A stretch of 63,829 bases of DNA, the filler included, from Octopus bimaculoides (Eukaryota), in assembly GCF_001194135.2 (NCBI RefSeq). It is 3 parts of 3 records of this genome, joined end to end, with 100 filler letters (N's around TTAATTAATTAA, not from the genome) between each part and the next. Parts side by side here need not be neighbours in the genome. Positions count along the whole stretch, not along the records: positions 6,436 to 36,180 come from NC_068982.1; 2 more parts are not named here. One strand, written 5' to 3'. Below the pieces are notes generated by a model that was given only the letters and a program-made list of their open reading frames with translations, searched no databases and was not told the origin of the DNA. This document shows positions 12,808-26,451 of this stretch, piece by piece. Positions within the stretch are counted from its first letter, which is position 1, and every line of letters begins with the position of its first letter. Both the position numbers and the translations under genes were made by a program.

Positions 12808-14279
12808 TTTCTTTTCCTACGCGACGTTCTAAGGACTGGGCGTCTTCTATCCCGCTCTTCTATCTTTTCTCTTTTCAAACAAAATGTTTGTTCCAGTGTT
12901 CACTCTTTTCCTCCTCGTTCTGTTCTAACATTCATTAATATGCTGACATGTTACCAATCAGCTCTATAACTGTTAGGTTTCTGAAACCAGATAGTCTAAA
13001 AAGTAAGTCATTAAATGGTTGCTGAAATTACAAAATATTCTAAGGAATAACAATCAGGCCTCGCTCAAATCAGACTAAGATATGGTAAATAATAAGGGAT
13101 ACATTCCCTAATGTAGTGATTATTGAAAAAAAATCCGAGAGAGTCACTTTTGGAATGGCTTTAATCAGATCATACGACGGTTCGTATGAGACTTAGCAAT
13201 GACAATATTATCAACAATATCTTTACTGAAAACATCCTCACAAAAATCCTGTTGGATTTTGTGAATATCGTTTAAAGTGTGTATGATGTCTTCAATTTTA
13301 CTATTTTCCTTTTAATATTTGTTGTTGTTGGTGGTGGTGGTGATTTTGGTGTTGGTGGTGTTAGTGGTGTTGGTGGTGTTGGTGGTGGTATTGTGGTAGT
13401 GGCGTTATTTGTTATTAAGAGTTGGAGTTGTGAAGTAACATTTATAAAAGTGAGTAGACATTAGGCTCAGAATGTCTGCTGTACATAACGATGATTCACT
13501 GACAACAAATATAAATAAAACATCGCAGAAAGGCAGCTATTTGAATACAACTTATACAGTAGACAAAATACACCACATAATATTATGAAACAAATCAAAC
13601 ATAGAAGTAAATATAAAAAGTCTCCTTATTTCCTTAATGTCTGTTCAAATAACGTTTTACCACGAAAACAAGCATAAATATCTAACGAAAAGAAAAGAAG
13701 AGAAAACGAAAGTCATGAATAAATATAAATAAGAGATATCTTGTTATGTACTTCAATAAAGAGACATATAAAAATAATAATACGTGTGGAAAACGAAAGT
13801 CATGTCAACGCGAAATAAAGGTAAGGGAGTTAGGGAGATATGTAGAAACCACAAGGCATCAAGACGCTGTGCATTGGTGTCCCGGTTATTTAGTGGCTTT
13901 CAGCATGCATGGCATTTCATTCATCTGCCTGATAATGTCCATTAGGCAAGAGAAGGCCGAAAACGACTTCTATAGAGACCAGTGTGTAACGAAGGATCCA
14001 GGCTTTCAGACACCTGGGGTGAGAACAGCTCTAACAATGTTGCCGGCTGGAAAGAATGAAAGAAAAAAAAATATTTACTATGCAATTTAAGGAACCAATA
14101 CAGATAACAACTCTTTTTATTCGCTAGAGGAACTCATGTATGGCCTTCGGGCGATAAGAGAGATCTGTGCCATTGTGAAGAGGCCATTGCCGGGATATAA
14201 GAGCTATTACATGCTGGCTGTCTGCCGGTCAAACTGAACAAAAGGCAACCTAAAACTAAATTCACAATTTTATTATGAT

Positions 14280-14598
<319 letters not shown>

Positions 14599-14599
<1 letters not shown>

Positions 14600-14690
14600 G
14601 AGCATCACAGCAAACCACAGCACATACCCAAGGCACACAGAGCTGCGCTCGGTAGTGAAGTAAAAGCACGTTATAAAAATAAAACTACTG
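14599..14690 (+). mobile_element. R4/Dong LINE extreme 3' end (3' UTR) embedded in (AAT)n
   Basis: Near-identical to the reverse complement of 30751-30845; followed by an (AAT)n tail. Confidence 0.85.
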
Positions 14691-14719
14691 AATAATAATA
14701 ATAATAGTGATGTAATGAT

Positions 14720-15280
14720 TTCAAATTTTAACAGGATGGAAATAGTTGATTATATCGACCCCACTACTTGAATGATACCTTGTTTTATCGACCCTGAAAA
14801 GATTAAAAGCAAAGTTGACTTCGGCGTGATTTACATTCTGTGTGCTACATTCCGTTCTAACGACTCTGACAATCCACCGTCTTGATATTAGTCTCTTTCA
14901 TAGGATTATGACTATATATTTCAACAAAGGATTTAGCCGATTAAATCAAATACAGTACTTTACTGGTACCTTATTATATCGACCCCAGAATGATGAAAGA
15001 CAGCGTTGACCTTAGTGAGTTTTGAACTCATATTGCAAAGCGCTAGAACAAATACTGCAAGGAATTTTGTCCAGCGCTCTAACGATACTGTCTCTCCACC
15101 AGCCTTCATCGTTCACTAATTACAATGGTAATTATTTCTAAATTAGGCACTATTTCAGCAGTTTTGAGAGAAAGATCTTACCGATACCGTAGGCCCTAAT
15201 ATTTGACTCGTATTTTATTTTATCGATCTTTGCGGAATTTAGACTTATATCGTAAACATCTGAAACAAATACGTACAAAC
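14720..15280 (-). mobile_element. Cluster of three decayed SINE family A copies
   Basis: Three successive 'ttatatcgaccc...aaagttgac...gaactc' blocks. Confidence 0.7.
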
Positions 15281-15764
15281 AACAATGTAATCTAATAATT
15301 CTCCTCCATTTGCAGACTGATATCAACTATAATAATAAATGTTTTTGTCTACATTGAACCAGACCAAACATTGTTATGAGGAGATGTCAGCGAATATAAC
15401 TAGCACCAGTAAAATATTTGGTATATATTTCACGGACAACATTATTTAAGATGAAGTTTGAATTCAGAAAAGCAAATAGGTTTAACTGAATACTGGGAGA
15501 TATTTAGTCCGATAATTATCAGTTTTTCCAGTGTCTGTCTGTGTATTAGCCCTCTGTGCTAATACACATATGCAACATATCAATTGAATCGGTCTTACTA
15601 ATTCTCAGCTCTCGTCTGAGTCACGAGCTGCTCAATCTCACAACAGCAGAATTCATAGAATCCTGTCGAGTGGGATCCTATGCTTGTACGTATTTTGCAA
15701 AACATTTGCTTTCTGCAACTTGTGTTTGCTTTTTACCTTTTCTTCCCAAAGGTCATCCACTTAC

Positions 15765-15827
15765 CATCTTCGCAATGGGATGTGTCGTTACTGCTGGAAA
15801 GGTAGGGCGGTCAGTATCATCCCTCTC
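15765..15827 (-). other. Candidate 63-nt exon of an unidentified gene (ERDDTDRPTFPAVTTHPIAKM, or a 5' exon ending in the start ATG)
   Basis: Minus strand 'cctcattcttgattccag|GAG...AAG ATG|gtaagt': pyrimidine-rich acceptor, +1..+6 consensus donor (GTAAGT), open phase-0 frame, non-repeat sequence. Confidence 0.45.
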
Positions 15828-16122
15828 CTGGAATCAAGAATGAGGCGATCTTTGCTACTATTTCTGTAGCATCGGAATTTGGTGCCGTTGGAAAAACAGC
15901 CCCTGCTACCTGCTGTTGTTGTCGGAAGTTCTGCTGCTGCTGTTTGACAAACACTTTCTCTCTTTCTCTCGCACTCATCACACTCTCTCTCTCTCTCTCT
16001 CTCNNNNNNNNNNNNNNNNNNNNNNNNNNNNNNNNNNNNNNNNNNNNNNNNNNNNNNNNNNNNNNNNNNNNNNNNNNNNNNNNNNNNNNNNNNNNNNNNN
16101 NNNNNNNNNNNNNNNNNNNNNN

Positions 16123-16179
<57 letters not shown>

Positions 16180-16439
16180 CATTCATTTCTCTCTCCCTCG
16201 CACTCATATCTCCCTCTCTTTCTATTTCTAGTTTCTTGGGCAGAAGCTGCCATATGATTTTGTTTCCTGAATTGTAATACAGTACAAGCCTGGTCATATG
16301 TGCTCCTGCAGTATAAGCCTGGTGAAGTGTGTTTCTCATTATCTCAGTGGGGTACTTTTGGTTGCCCTCAATCCCTCATCCTCTAGACAAGACACTACAT
16401 CTCATATTTAAAAAAAAATACTGTTATATATTTTGAATG

Positions 16440-16980
16440 TTTCTATCAAGGGTTACGAAACTGAAACTGACCAACATTCAGCCTGATATCAATGCCTTGA
16501 TTCAGAATCACCATGCATATACCTCACATTGTTGTTGTGAAGTTCAGTAAAAGATATTCCAGCAATATGATGCGTTTTCCACATTTTCTAACCGTGAAAA
16601 CAATTTCATAAAAACTTTAAGTTTAATATTGTATAGTCGGACACGTATTTCTAAATGCAAAAAGTGAGTCATCTTCAATAGAATTACTTAATTTGTCCTA
16701 CATGTATATTTTAGCTAACACTTTAATTGACAGCATCAGTACCCATTTAAGATGTGGTACGGTAGGGTAAGATATTAAGGTATTTTAAATGAAGAGGGTG
16801 GTTGATTCAGAAAGAGAAGTAGCTAAGGGTGTTTGAGTGGAAATGGATGTAGCTAAAGAGGGGTCTATGTAGAAAGATAAGTGGCTAAAGGGGATCGATG
16901 CAGAAGGGGAACTGGTTAGAGGGTATCGATGCTGAACTGGCTAAAGAGGGTCGATGGTCAAAAAAATTCGGTGACCCCTG
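16440..16980 (+). mobile_element. hAT (Charlie/Buster-like) transposon 3' remnant with subterminal minisatellite
   Basis: 16458-16529 translates KLKLTNIQPDINALIQNHHAYTSH, resembling hAT transposase C-termini. The end 'ggtgacccctg' is the reverse complement of a CAGGGG-type TIR. A degenerate ~32-bp tandem unit spans 16810-16955. Confidence 0.6.
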
Positions 16981-19900
16981 GTTTCGATGAATTGAAAATT
17001 CTTATCGTACTGGTAGATCCTTTGGCATGAATTGAGTCAACATTTGAAATCCTTTGAAAACAGTGGTTAATATTTTCCCCTCTCAATCAAATCATTTTTT
17101 TCCTTGAAATATATAATGTTATATAGTTCTCACATAGTCTCCACAGGAAAATTATAAATAATTCCATATGAGCTATTCGAGTTAATAATTTAGAAAAGTA
17201 CGTTCGTATATGGCCAACGACATCTTTGTCTATTTGTGTTGATCAATATTGTTTTGAGATTTAAATTTAGCTAACAAAGAATTACAGTTTAATAATTTAC
17301 CTATTTGTTTCTTCCTAGTACATTTATCTTACCCATGTTTGCGTTTTCTCATTACTAAATGATTCTATTTGGAGTAGATTTAACATGTAATCTTTATTTA
17401 CCATCTCTTCTTGTGCTGCAAGTAGATTATGAGGATTTGTGAAGAAAAGGAAAAAAGCAAACACCTAGGTTCTCGTTAGTTAGGCTTCGTAAAAACGAGG
17501 GATATAAACAAATTTGATACGAAGACAGATATCAGCACTATGTAATATGCACATACAGGAAATAATACAAACATTGCAAAAGGTGTCAAAAAGACAAAAA
17601 TTACTACATTCGGTGATATGTCTCTTCACCAAAGTAGAGCAATTTAGTGTAACCACACAAATATTATTGTTATTTAATACTTGCCAGAACAAATAGTTTT
17701 GAACTAACGTAAATTTTTTGTCAACGCATAGTTATTTTTAGTTTATAAGTGTTATCATGCCTTGATATTCATGATTATGAATTTTTCTTTTAGCTGCACC
17801 TGGGTTGTTCCTCTGGCTAATTTCTAAACAATTCTGATTTTTTCTACACCAAAATATACGTTTATGAAGATTTACAGCTTCGTCCAATAGTAATACCGCA
17901 AACAGCGTCATATGTTATACTTCAGTGAACAAGACAGTAAAAGGGAGAAATACATCGGGAGTTGACTCACGTGCTTGCGTGAAGTGGGAGACTAATATAT
18001 TTTTTTCTTTCCTCTATTATTTTCTACTGGAAAATGTTTATAATCCATGTTAACACTGAATGACCTAGGTTATTCTAACCCTGAACTTTTACGCAATTCA
18101 TTCATCCCAACTTATGTTGTATTTCTCTATTTTGAAAAATATATTCAATACCTTTTTTTTTTTTACTTAAGGATACTGCAGCGCCAATCCCTCTCCCAGT
18201 AAAGGAATAGAATAAGAGCGATGTAAATAATATCTATGATAATTTCACATATTTAAAAGTTAAAATGTCATCCCCAACGATGCAAGTAAAAATATAAACA
18301 ACACTATGATTGAAAGTCGGGGCGCGCAAGCATTAAACACGCACGTAACTATCATTCACTCAAAACTACAAACACACAAACTGATGAAAACACGCATTGC
18401 CACGCAAAGCTGCCTATGAATATACCGACACAAGCCTAAGTAAACAAACACAAGTAAGAATTAGAATCTGTCGAAAAGGGCATAGGTGTAGGCATGTGGT
18501 TAAGAAGGTTCGGTTCATAAATACATGACTACCGGTTCAATACCATTCTAGTTCACGTTAGCGAAATGTTTGTGCCGTAGACATAGATCGACACGAGTAT
18601 TTTCATCGGGATTAGATAGAAAATATACAGACGTAGGCTTAATTTTCGCTCACGATAAGAATACATCTTCGTTCTTGAGTTCCTCAAATTAGGTGCGCTC
18701 TATTGCAGCATTCCAACCAGATCTACCGTACATGAATAAATCATGATTTCAGGCTTATTCTACTATTTCTTCTATAAGTCTAGAAGCTAGTGCCAGCATG
18801 TTTTGAGAAATGTTCCTTCTGTCCTAACTTTATATTGCGTCTACACTATTTTGAAATAGGCAAATATAGATACAAAACATTAGCAGAAATAGATGAAAAA
18901 TATACAGTTAAAGAAGAATGGTAATGCATCTTAAAAAATAGACTTAAATAAGACACTTAAATTATACAAACCGTCACTACATTGACATTGTTTATATATT
19001 GTATTAGGTAAAAATAAGTGATGGAAAATCAAAGCCTGTGTGTGTGTGTATGTGTGCGTGTGTGTTTGTGTATGTATGTGTGTGTGTGTGTGTGTATGTG
19101 TGTGTCTGTGTTTGTGTGTTTGTGTGTGCGCACGTCTGTGCGTGCGTGTGTCTGCGTGTGTGTGTGTTTGTGTGTTTGCATAGACAAAGCAATCTCCAGC
19201 GTACTTTCAAATTTTGTAATGGAATATATGATGTGGAATGATGTGTCATTCCATTGGATCTTCGTCTGTTGCCCTTATTTAGAAAAGATAACATTTCATA
19301 TTTTGTATACAGAACACACTTAATACGATCTGTTTGTTCAGCGCGAGTGTGGGGTGGTTGAGGTTATGCTATTTCTCAGTCAAACATAAATTACACTATA
19401 TTACGTGATAGACACTGTAGTGTCAGTAGGCTGACCTTTATCTTTCTTATCTTTCGACGATATTTGTGATTGACAAATTATTACGGTGTTTGAAAGTGCG
19501 CATCGTGTGTCAGGTTTTGGTTCATAAAAAACAAAAATGTAAAGAAGAATGAATACACCCACTCGCGCACGCAAACACATTTAGTATTAACTATCAGAAA
19601 AAGAAATGACTTCTCAATACCATGGTAAAAATTAATATTTAATTTTGGCCGAGTGAGTCTCTTGCTGCTCTCAGTTTCACTTGTTGGCACACAGGATATT
19701 TAAGCAGGTTGTGACAATTTACCTTATTTTATCATTCAACCACGGTACTGGTTGAATATATTCTTAAGACCACCATTTCGTCAATCTCAGCAGCTTCCAA
19801 ACTTCAGCACTAATTCAGTTCTCAACTAAATTGAAAACTGTTAATAGATTTAAAGAGGACACCTCCGCAGCTACACTTTAGCATAAATAGTTTGAGATTT

Positions 19901-20843
19901 GGTTCAGTAGAAAAAAGTTACATCGAAATATGTTACACCTCAAGTGAGTTGTAAGGCAGATATTCAACTTCAATTAACATGAATTTTTAAAATGTTAAAT
20001 TAAAAGTATATTTTTCTTAGGCTTAAATGATAGAAAAATCCATGAAGAATTCAGAATCGTTAGTCGCATGGAACAAAAATTAATAGAAAAAACGTTACGA
20101 GTTAAAATGTTATGTAATTTAATGTCAGTAAGGAAGTGAGAGTTAACGTTTAAGCAATACGAATAAAGAATATATTTCTAAAATGAATGATTATATTATA
20201 AGGTGGTGAACTGGCAGAAACGTTAACACGCCCGGCAAAATGGTCAGCTTCCGGTTCAAATCTCGCCAAAGTCGAATTTGGCATACAGATTATTTAATTA
20301 ATGTTTTTAATTAAACATTTTCAAACTTCCGGTACTGGTAGAATATGTCACATAGAACAGGGTTTATTCTTAACGTTTTGACAACATTTTGTATTTTAGA
20401 AGTGGTATTTCGTCTGTCTTTACTTTCTGAGTTAAAATTCCGCCGAGGTCGACTTTACCTTTCATCCATTTCGGATCTATTCAATTCGACTTACAAATTG
20501 TTTAATTAATTTTTTTAAACTAAACACTTTCAAACTTCCGATATTAGTAGAATGTGTCACATAGAACAGGGTTTACTCTCAACGATTTTATCAAAATTTT
20601 GTATTTTAGAAGTTATTTCGTCAGAAGTTACAGAGTGACAATGGTCAAATTCGTGTTTGATAGGTGCCAATACATAAAACTCTCAGCTTTTGACTTACTC
20701 TCTAACATCTGCCGATGATATATATACATACTACATATGTGTAAAAAAGATCTCAACACGCAGTAGAACCAATGAAAGAGCCGCTACCTTCTAAATTAGA
20801 AGAACTGGCCTTCTTTGCTGCAATATTGTAAGTAAAATGTCTC

Positions 20844-21072
20844 TTACATTATTTACATGTGACAGATATTTGTCCTCATCTTGTTTGTTGTTAACACGTT
20901 TCGGCTGATATACCCTCCAGCCTTCATCAGGAAATTTCGAACCTGGGTTCTTGTTCCTAAGGTATTTTATGATGTTATTATTATTATTATAATACTATTA
21001 TTCAGGTCACTGCTTGGAATCGAACTCGGAATCTTAGGGTTAGTAGCCCTCGCTCATAACCACTACACCATA
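20844..21072 (-). mobile_element. Composite SINE-like element: tRNA-like head + (AAT)n + hammerhead-like core + 3' tail
   Basis: Minus strand: A-box TGGTGTAGTGG (21060-70), B-box GAGTTCGATTCC (21016-27), then CUGAUGA-A-GGCUG...CAGCC-GAAACGU (20897-20930). The tail recurs at 51545-51580. Confidence 0.7.
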
Positions 21073-22226
21073 GCTAGAAGTAACAGCTTGTCCTCTACTT
21101 TTACAGGTGTAATAAATTGTACTGTACTTTTCCAGGCCTATAATCTTAAGAATATGGCTTTTCATGGTCGCCTTTTTCCATGTAATAACATTTATGTGCG
21201 TGTATATCAATATGAACTTAAGATAGTTTATATATGTGCGTGTGCATGCGTACGCGCACTCCAGATGTTCGTGTGTGTTTATGCATATATGTATACAGTG
21301 TTAGGTTTAATATTTGGCAACTAGCCTTGCTCTCGTTGCTGGTACTCTTCTAGATTTGTAAAACCTGCTCATGCTCCGGCTATAAGCCGGTAAACAGGCA
21401 ACATCAAGCTTGCTTGTTGAGGAGCCACTGTGGAATGAAACACAAAACCTGTAAAAGAACGAAGAATTTAAGAAATCAAAGGTCATCCATGCACGAGCAC
21501 GAGCACACGCACACATTTACACACACTTATGCTTTTACATACATACATAGCTACATACATACATCGTACCTAAATACAAACATACATATATATATGTATA
21601 TCTGTATATATATATACATATGTATTTATGCATANNNNNNNNNNNNNNNNNNNNNNNNNNNNNNNNNNNNNNNNNNNNNNNNNNNNNNNNNNNNNNNNNN
21701 NNNNNNNNNNNNNNNNTATATATATTTGTATACATACACAGACACACACACAAACGTACATTTAAAACAGGCGATATATTTAGCCTTCGGCTATCTCACC
21801 GTAAATTTTTCTTATTCCTAGTTTAACGTCTTTAAATAGTTACAGAATGAGACTGCTGTTGCGAAAGGGTTTGTCACAGCAATACATCACAGAATAAATA
21901 TACTATAATCACTATCGATCACATTATCGTTGCTTTTCTTATCACCTCCATGACCCAGACATGAATAAATCAGCAAATGTTCAGCTTTATTTGATATTCA
22001 GCTTGAAAAGCCTACCGGGCGAAAATCAAGGAAACTGTTATTTTTTTGGCTAAAAATATAATATACTCTAAGAAGCGTATTAAGCTCTATTTATCATAGC
22101 GGTATACGTACGTAATGTATTTACACACACTTAGATACACGCACATGTACACAGATGTGCACACAGACAAATAGAACACATCTATACATCAATACATACA
22201 TTAATATATAGATACATATACGTACA

Positions 22227-22277
<51 letters not shown>

Positions 22278-22944
22278 GGGCAAAAATATGTATATGTATA
22301 TGTATGCATGTATGTACGTTTACACGAATGTATATGCGAGTATATATTAATATATATGCATTCCCTGCCTTTAAGTTTGTATCTTATGCACATACAGACA
22401 ACTGCCCACACTCTCTGACTTCCCCCCACATAAAGACATAAATATATACACACATAGATGCTTACATGCATATATATATATATATANNNNNNNNNNNNNN
22501 NNNNNNNNNNNNNNNNNNNNNNNNNNNNNNNNNNNNNNNNNNNNNNNNNNNNNNNNNNNNNNNNNNNNNNNNNNNNNNNNNNNNNNNNNNNNNNNNNNNN
22601 NNNNNNNNNNNNNNNNNNNNNNNNNNNNNNNNNNNNNNNNNNNNNNNNNNNNNNNNNNNNNNNNNNNNNNNNNNNNNNNNNNNNNNNNNNNNNNNNNNNN
22701 NNNNNNNNNNNNNNNNNNNNNNNNNNNNNNNNNNNNNNNNNNNNNNNNNNNNNNNNNNNNNNNNNNNNNNNNNNNNNNNNNNNNNNNNNNNNNNNNNNNN
22801 NNNNNNNNNNNNNNNNNNNNNNNNNNNNNNNNNNNNNNNNNNNNNNNNNNNNNNNNNNNNNNNNNNNNNNNNNNNNNNNNNNNNNNNNNNNNNNNNNNNN
22901 NNNNNNNNNNNNNNNNNNNNNNNNNNNNNNNNNNNNNNNNNNNN

Positions 22945-22986
<42 letters not shown>

Positions 22987-23194
22987 TTTGGGTGTGCTTG
23001 TACGTGTATGTTTACACTGTGGCTGCGAGTGGATGACATTTAAAGTGAATAAAATGTGTTCGTTGCACTTCATATTAAACTGATTATGACTAAGATGTTA
23101 CTGATGCTGAAGAAGCTGGAAAGTAGGTAGCGGAGATAATTATGAGCATTATAGTGATAATAGTCATTATCAAAACCACGACGTTACTGACAAA

Positions 23195-23415
23195 GTATAT
23201 ATATATTTTTTTTATTGCTTTACTTGATTCTGTCATTGCACTCTTGACATACTGGAGCACCGTCTCTAGTCGAACGAATCGACAGTAGGACTTATTCTTT
23301 GTAAGTTTAGTTCTCATTTTATCGGTCTTTTTCGCCGAACCGTTAAGTTAAGGGGTCATAAACACACTAACATCGGTGTAAAGCGATGGTCGAGGACAAG
23401 CACAGTCACACAAAT

Positions 23416-23420
<5 letters not shown>
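23195..23420 (-). mobile_element. SINE family C, 3' half
   Basis: Matches 143-360 and 47083-47300. Confidence 0.75.
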
Positions 23421-23502
<82 letters not shown>

Positions 23503-25213
23503 CATAGCGGGAGAATTCACAAAAAACGAAAAACGAAGACGAGTGTGTAAACAACAAATAGATGTATTAGTTTAACGCTTGGGAAGTGAAAAAGTCTTTA
23601 ATGTTTCGAGTCTACGCTGTTTCACAGAAAGGAACACAGAAAGAAACAGGGAGAGAAAATAAAGAATGCGTAGTGGATAGCGATCTATCATGGCGAATGC
23701 CGGACAGAGGGGTCACACAGTAGAGTGAAGAAGAAATGGAGATGATAAAGTACTCGTCATTCCAAAACGAAAGTGCGCGTGCGTGTGCATAAGAGAGCAT
23801 GTATGTGCGTGTGGAAGAGGACTAGTAACCTTGGCGTGTGCGTGTGCAAGTATAGGTGTGTGGATGTAGGTGTGGGTGCTGGGACATGGTCACTGCTAGT
23901 GTGTGCGTGGTGATGTGATGTGATATGGACTTGTATGGTGGGGTGTGGTGTAGTGGTGGGGTTACGAGGGAGGAGTGACGATGAAGGGAGGGGGAAAGGG
24001 AGAAGGTGAGTAGGAGTGAAGAGAAGAGAGAAGGAGGGTAAGAGTGGAGAGAAGAAGTAGGAATTGGAGCTAGAGAGGAGAGGAGAGGGGAGGAAGGTTA
24101 GATGAAGCGGTGAGGAGAGGTGAGCCCATGTGACACAAAGGAGCTAAGAGAGAAGATTAATCCCTGTTCACGGCGAAGAAGGGAGTCCAAATGGCTCCTA
24201 TGCAAGGACAATCCAAACACAGACGGATGTTGTANNNNNNNNNNNNNNNNNNNNNNNNNNNNNNNNNNNNNNNNNNNNNNNNNNNNNNNNNNNNNNNNNN
24301 NNNNNNNNNNNNNNNNNNNNNNNNNNNNNNNNNNNNNNNNNNNNNNNNNNNNNNNNNNNNNNNNNNNNNNNNNNNNNNNNNNNNNNNNNNNNNNNNNNNN
24401 NNNNNNNNNNNNNNNNNNNNNNNNNNNNNNNNNNNNNNNNNNNNNNNNNNNNNNNNNNNNNNNNNNNNNNNNNNNNNNNNNNNNNNNNNNNNNNNNNNNN
24501 NNNNNNNNNNNNNNNNNNNNNNNNNNNNNNNNNNNNNNNNNNNNNNNNNNNNNNNNNNNNNNNNNNNNNNNNNNNNNNNNNNNNNNNNNNNNNNNNNNNN
24601 NNNNNNNNNNNNNNNNNNNNNNNNNNNNNNNNNNNNNNNNNNNNNNNNNNNNNNNNNNNNNNNNNNNNNNNNNNNNNNNNNNNNNNNNNNNNNNNNNNNN
24701 NNNNNNNNNNNNNNNNNNNNNNNNNNNNNNNNNNNNNNNNNNNNNNNNNNNNNNNNNNNNNNNNNNNNNNNNNNNNNNNNNNNNNNNNNNNNNNNNNNNN
24801 NNNNNNNNNNNNNNNNNNNNNNNNNNNNNNNNNNNNNNNNNNNNNNNNNNNNNNNNNNNNNNNNNNNNNNNNNNNNNNNNNNNNNNNNNNNNNNNNNNNN
24901 NNNNNNNNNNNNNNNNNNNNNNNNNNNNNNNNNNNNNNNNNNNNNNNNNNNNNNNNNNNNNNNNNNNNNNNNNNNNNNNNNNNNNNNNNNNNNNNNNNNN
25001 NNNNNNNNNNNNNNNNNNNNNNNNNNNNNNNNNNNNNNNNNNNNNNNNNNNNNNNNNNNNNNNNNNNNNNNNNNNNNNNNNNNNNNNNNNNNNNNNNNNN
25101 NNNNNNNNNNNNNNNNNNNNNNNNNNNNNNNNNNNNNNNNNNNNNNNNNNNNNNNNNNNNNNNNNNNNNNNNNNNNNNNNNNNNNNNNNNNNNNNNNNNN
25201 NNNNNNNNNNNNN

Positions 25214-25249
<36 letters not shown>

Positions 25250-25289
25250 CATACAGGAAAGATAGACTGATATTCCGTAGGTTACGAAA

Positions 25290-25570
25290 ACGTGGGTTTT
25301 AGTGAATCCGATCGAAATAACCGTTGTTCGTGAAACTAACATGGAAGCGGTTGTGCACTCCACAATCACGCCTACTCTTAACGTAGACCTCGGGGAGATT
25401 CTGCCTGACAATGAATGTGACAATGTTAACCCATTCAAATACAAGCAGTCAATTTTGCCACGTGAGTGGACTAGAGAATTCTGAAACAAAGTGTCATGCT
25501 CAAAGACACAACGCACCGCTGGGAATCGATCTCACAACTTCGGGAGCCGAATAGCCTAACCACAGAAACC
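25290..25570 (-). mobile_element. SINE family B, decayed
   Basis: 'cttaacgtagacctcggggagattc...ttgagcatgacactttgtttc' (partly read on the minus strand) matches the other family B copies. Confidence 0.65.
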
Positions 25571-25842
25571 TCATCATATTTCTACCTAGCATAATATTAA
25601 GGTGGCCATGATAAAACTGTTCGACAATGAACTCATACTTAGATATCATGAGTAGGGGTACACATTTTCTATTGAATCTATACCAACGATTAAGGGCTAA
25701 AAAATAAGATAAACATTTCCATAACAGGTAAACTTATTTAAAAACCTTGAAAAAAATATTTATCTAAAAATTACGAACATTATGAAAAAATCCGAAAGGA
25801 TGTACGAAGGCATAAAAATACCACATGTATATACATAAGAAT

Positions 25843-25875
<33 letters not shown>

Positions 25876-25879
<4 letters not shown>

Positions 25880-26257
25880 TAAAATATAATTGCCAACTAG
25901 ATGTGGTGGTCCCATAGAAGACGATGAAACTGGTGTTTTTAGCCCCAGGTGGACATCTCCAGCTGGCTAACGACACACTGTGCCCGATTAGCATTTGCGA
26001 GGGTAAATCATCGGTCCCATCTCTAGCCTTACGTGATATCACACATTGATGTCGGGTTACTACCCAGAAACCCGGGTCTGTATGTATCACGCAAGGCTAG
26101 AGATGGGAACAATGATTTTCCTTCGCAAATACTAATCGGACTCAGGCAGTGTGTCGTTAGCCAGCTGGAGTGAGATGTCCTCCTGGGGATAAAAACAACA
26201 GTAGCATAGTCCTGTATGGGAACGCCACATTTAGTTGACAATTGTATCTTTTACGAT
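25876..26257. mobile_element. Foldback (palindromic) non-autonomous element / MITE
   Basis: Arms 25876-26038 and 26085-26257 are reverse complements (roughly 80% by eye, two small indels), with a 46-nt loop. A related arm fragment lies at ~1890-1945. Confidence 0.85.
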
Positions 26258-26297
26258 TCTGTACAGCTACTGTTTATTTCTCGCTCAGAGATTTCAA

Positions 26298-26336
<39 letters not shown>

Positions 26337-26451
26337 CATATTATATTATATTATACCATGATTACTTCAGAGAGAAGATACAAACCCCTTCACAATCCAT
26401 AGAGATAGCATCATTATATATATGGGAGTATAAGGATACCCCCATATATAA

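Noticed and set aside
13170-13189. 8-bp hairpin tcatacga-cggt-tcgtatga as a Helitron 3' end
   Set aside because: No CTRR terminus at the expected distance and no other Helitron features.
13746-14090. 114-aa ORF in non-repeat sequence
   Set aside because: No recognisable motif, no clear splice boundaries, and no frame is convincingly protein-like.
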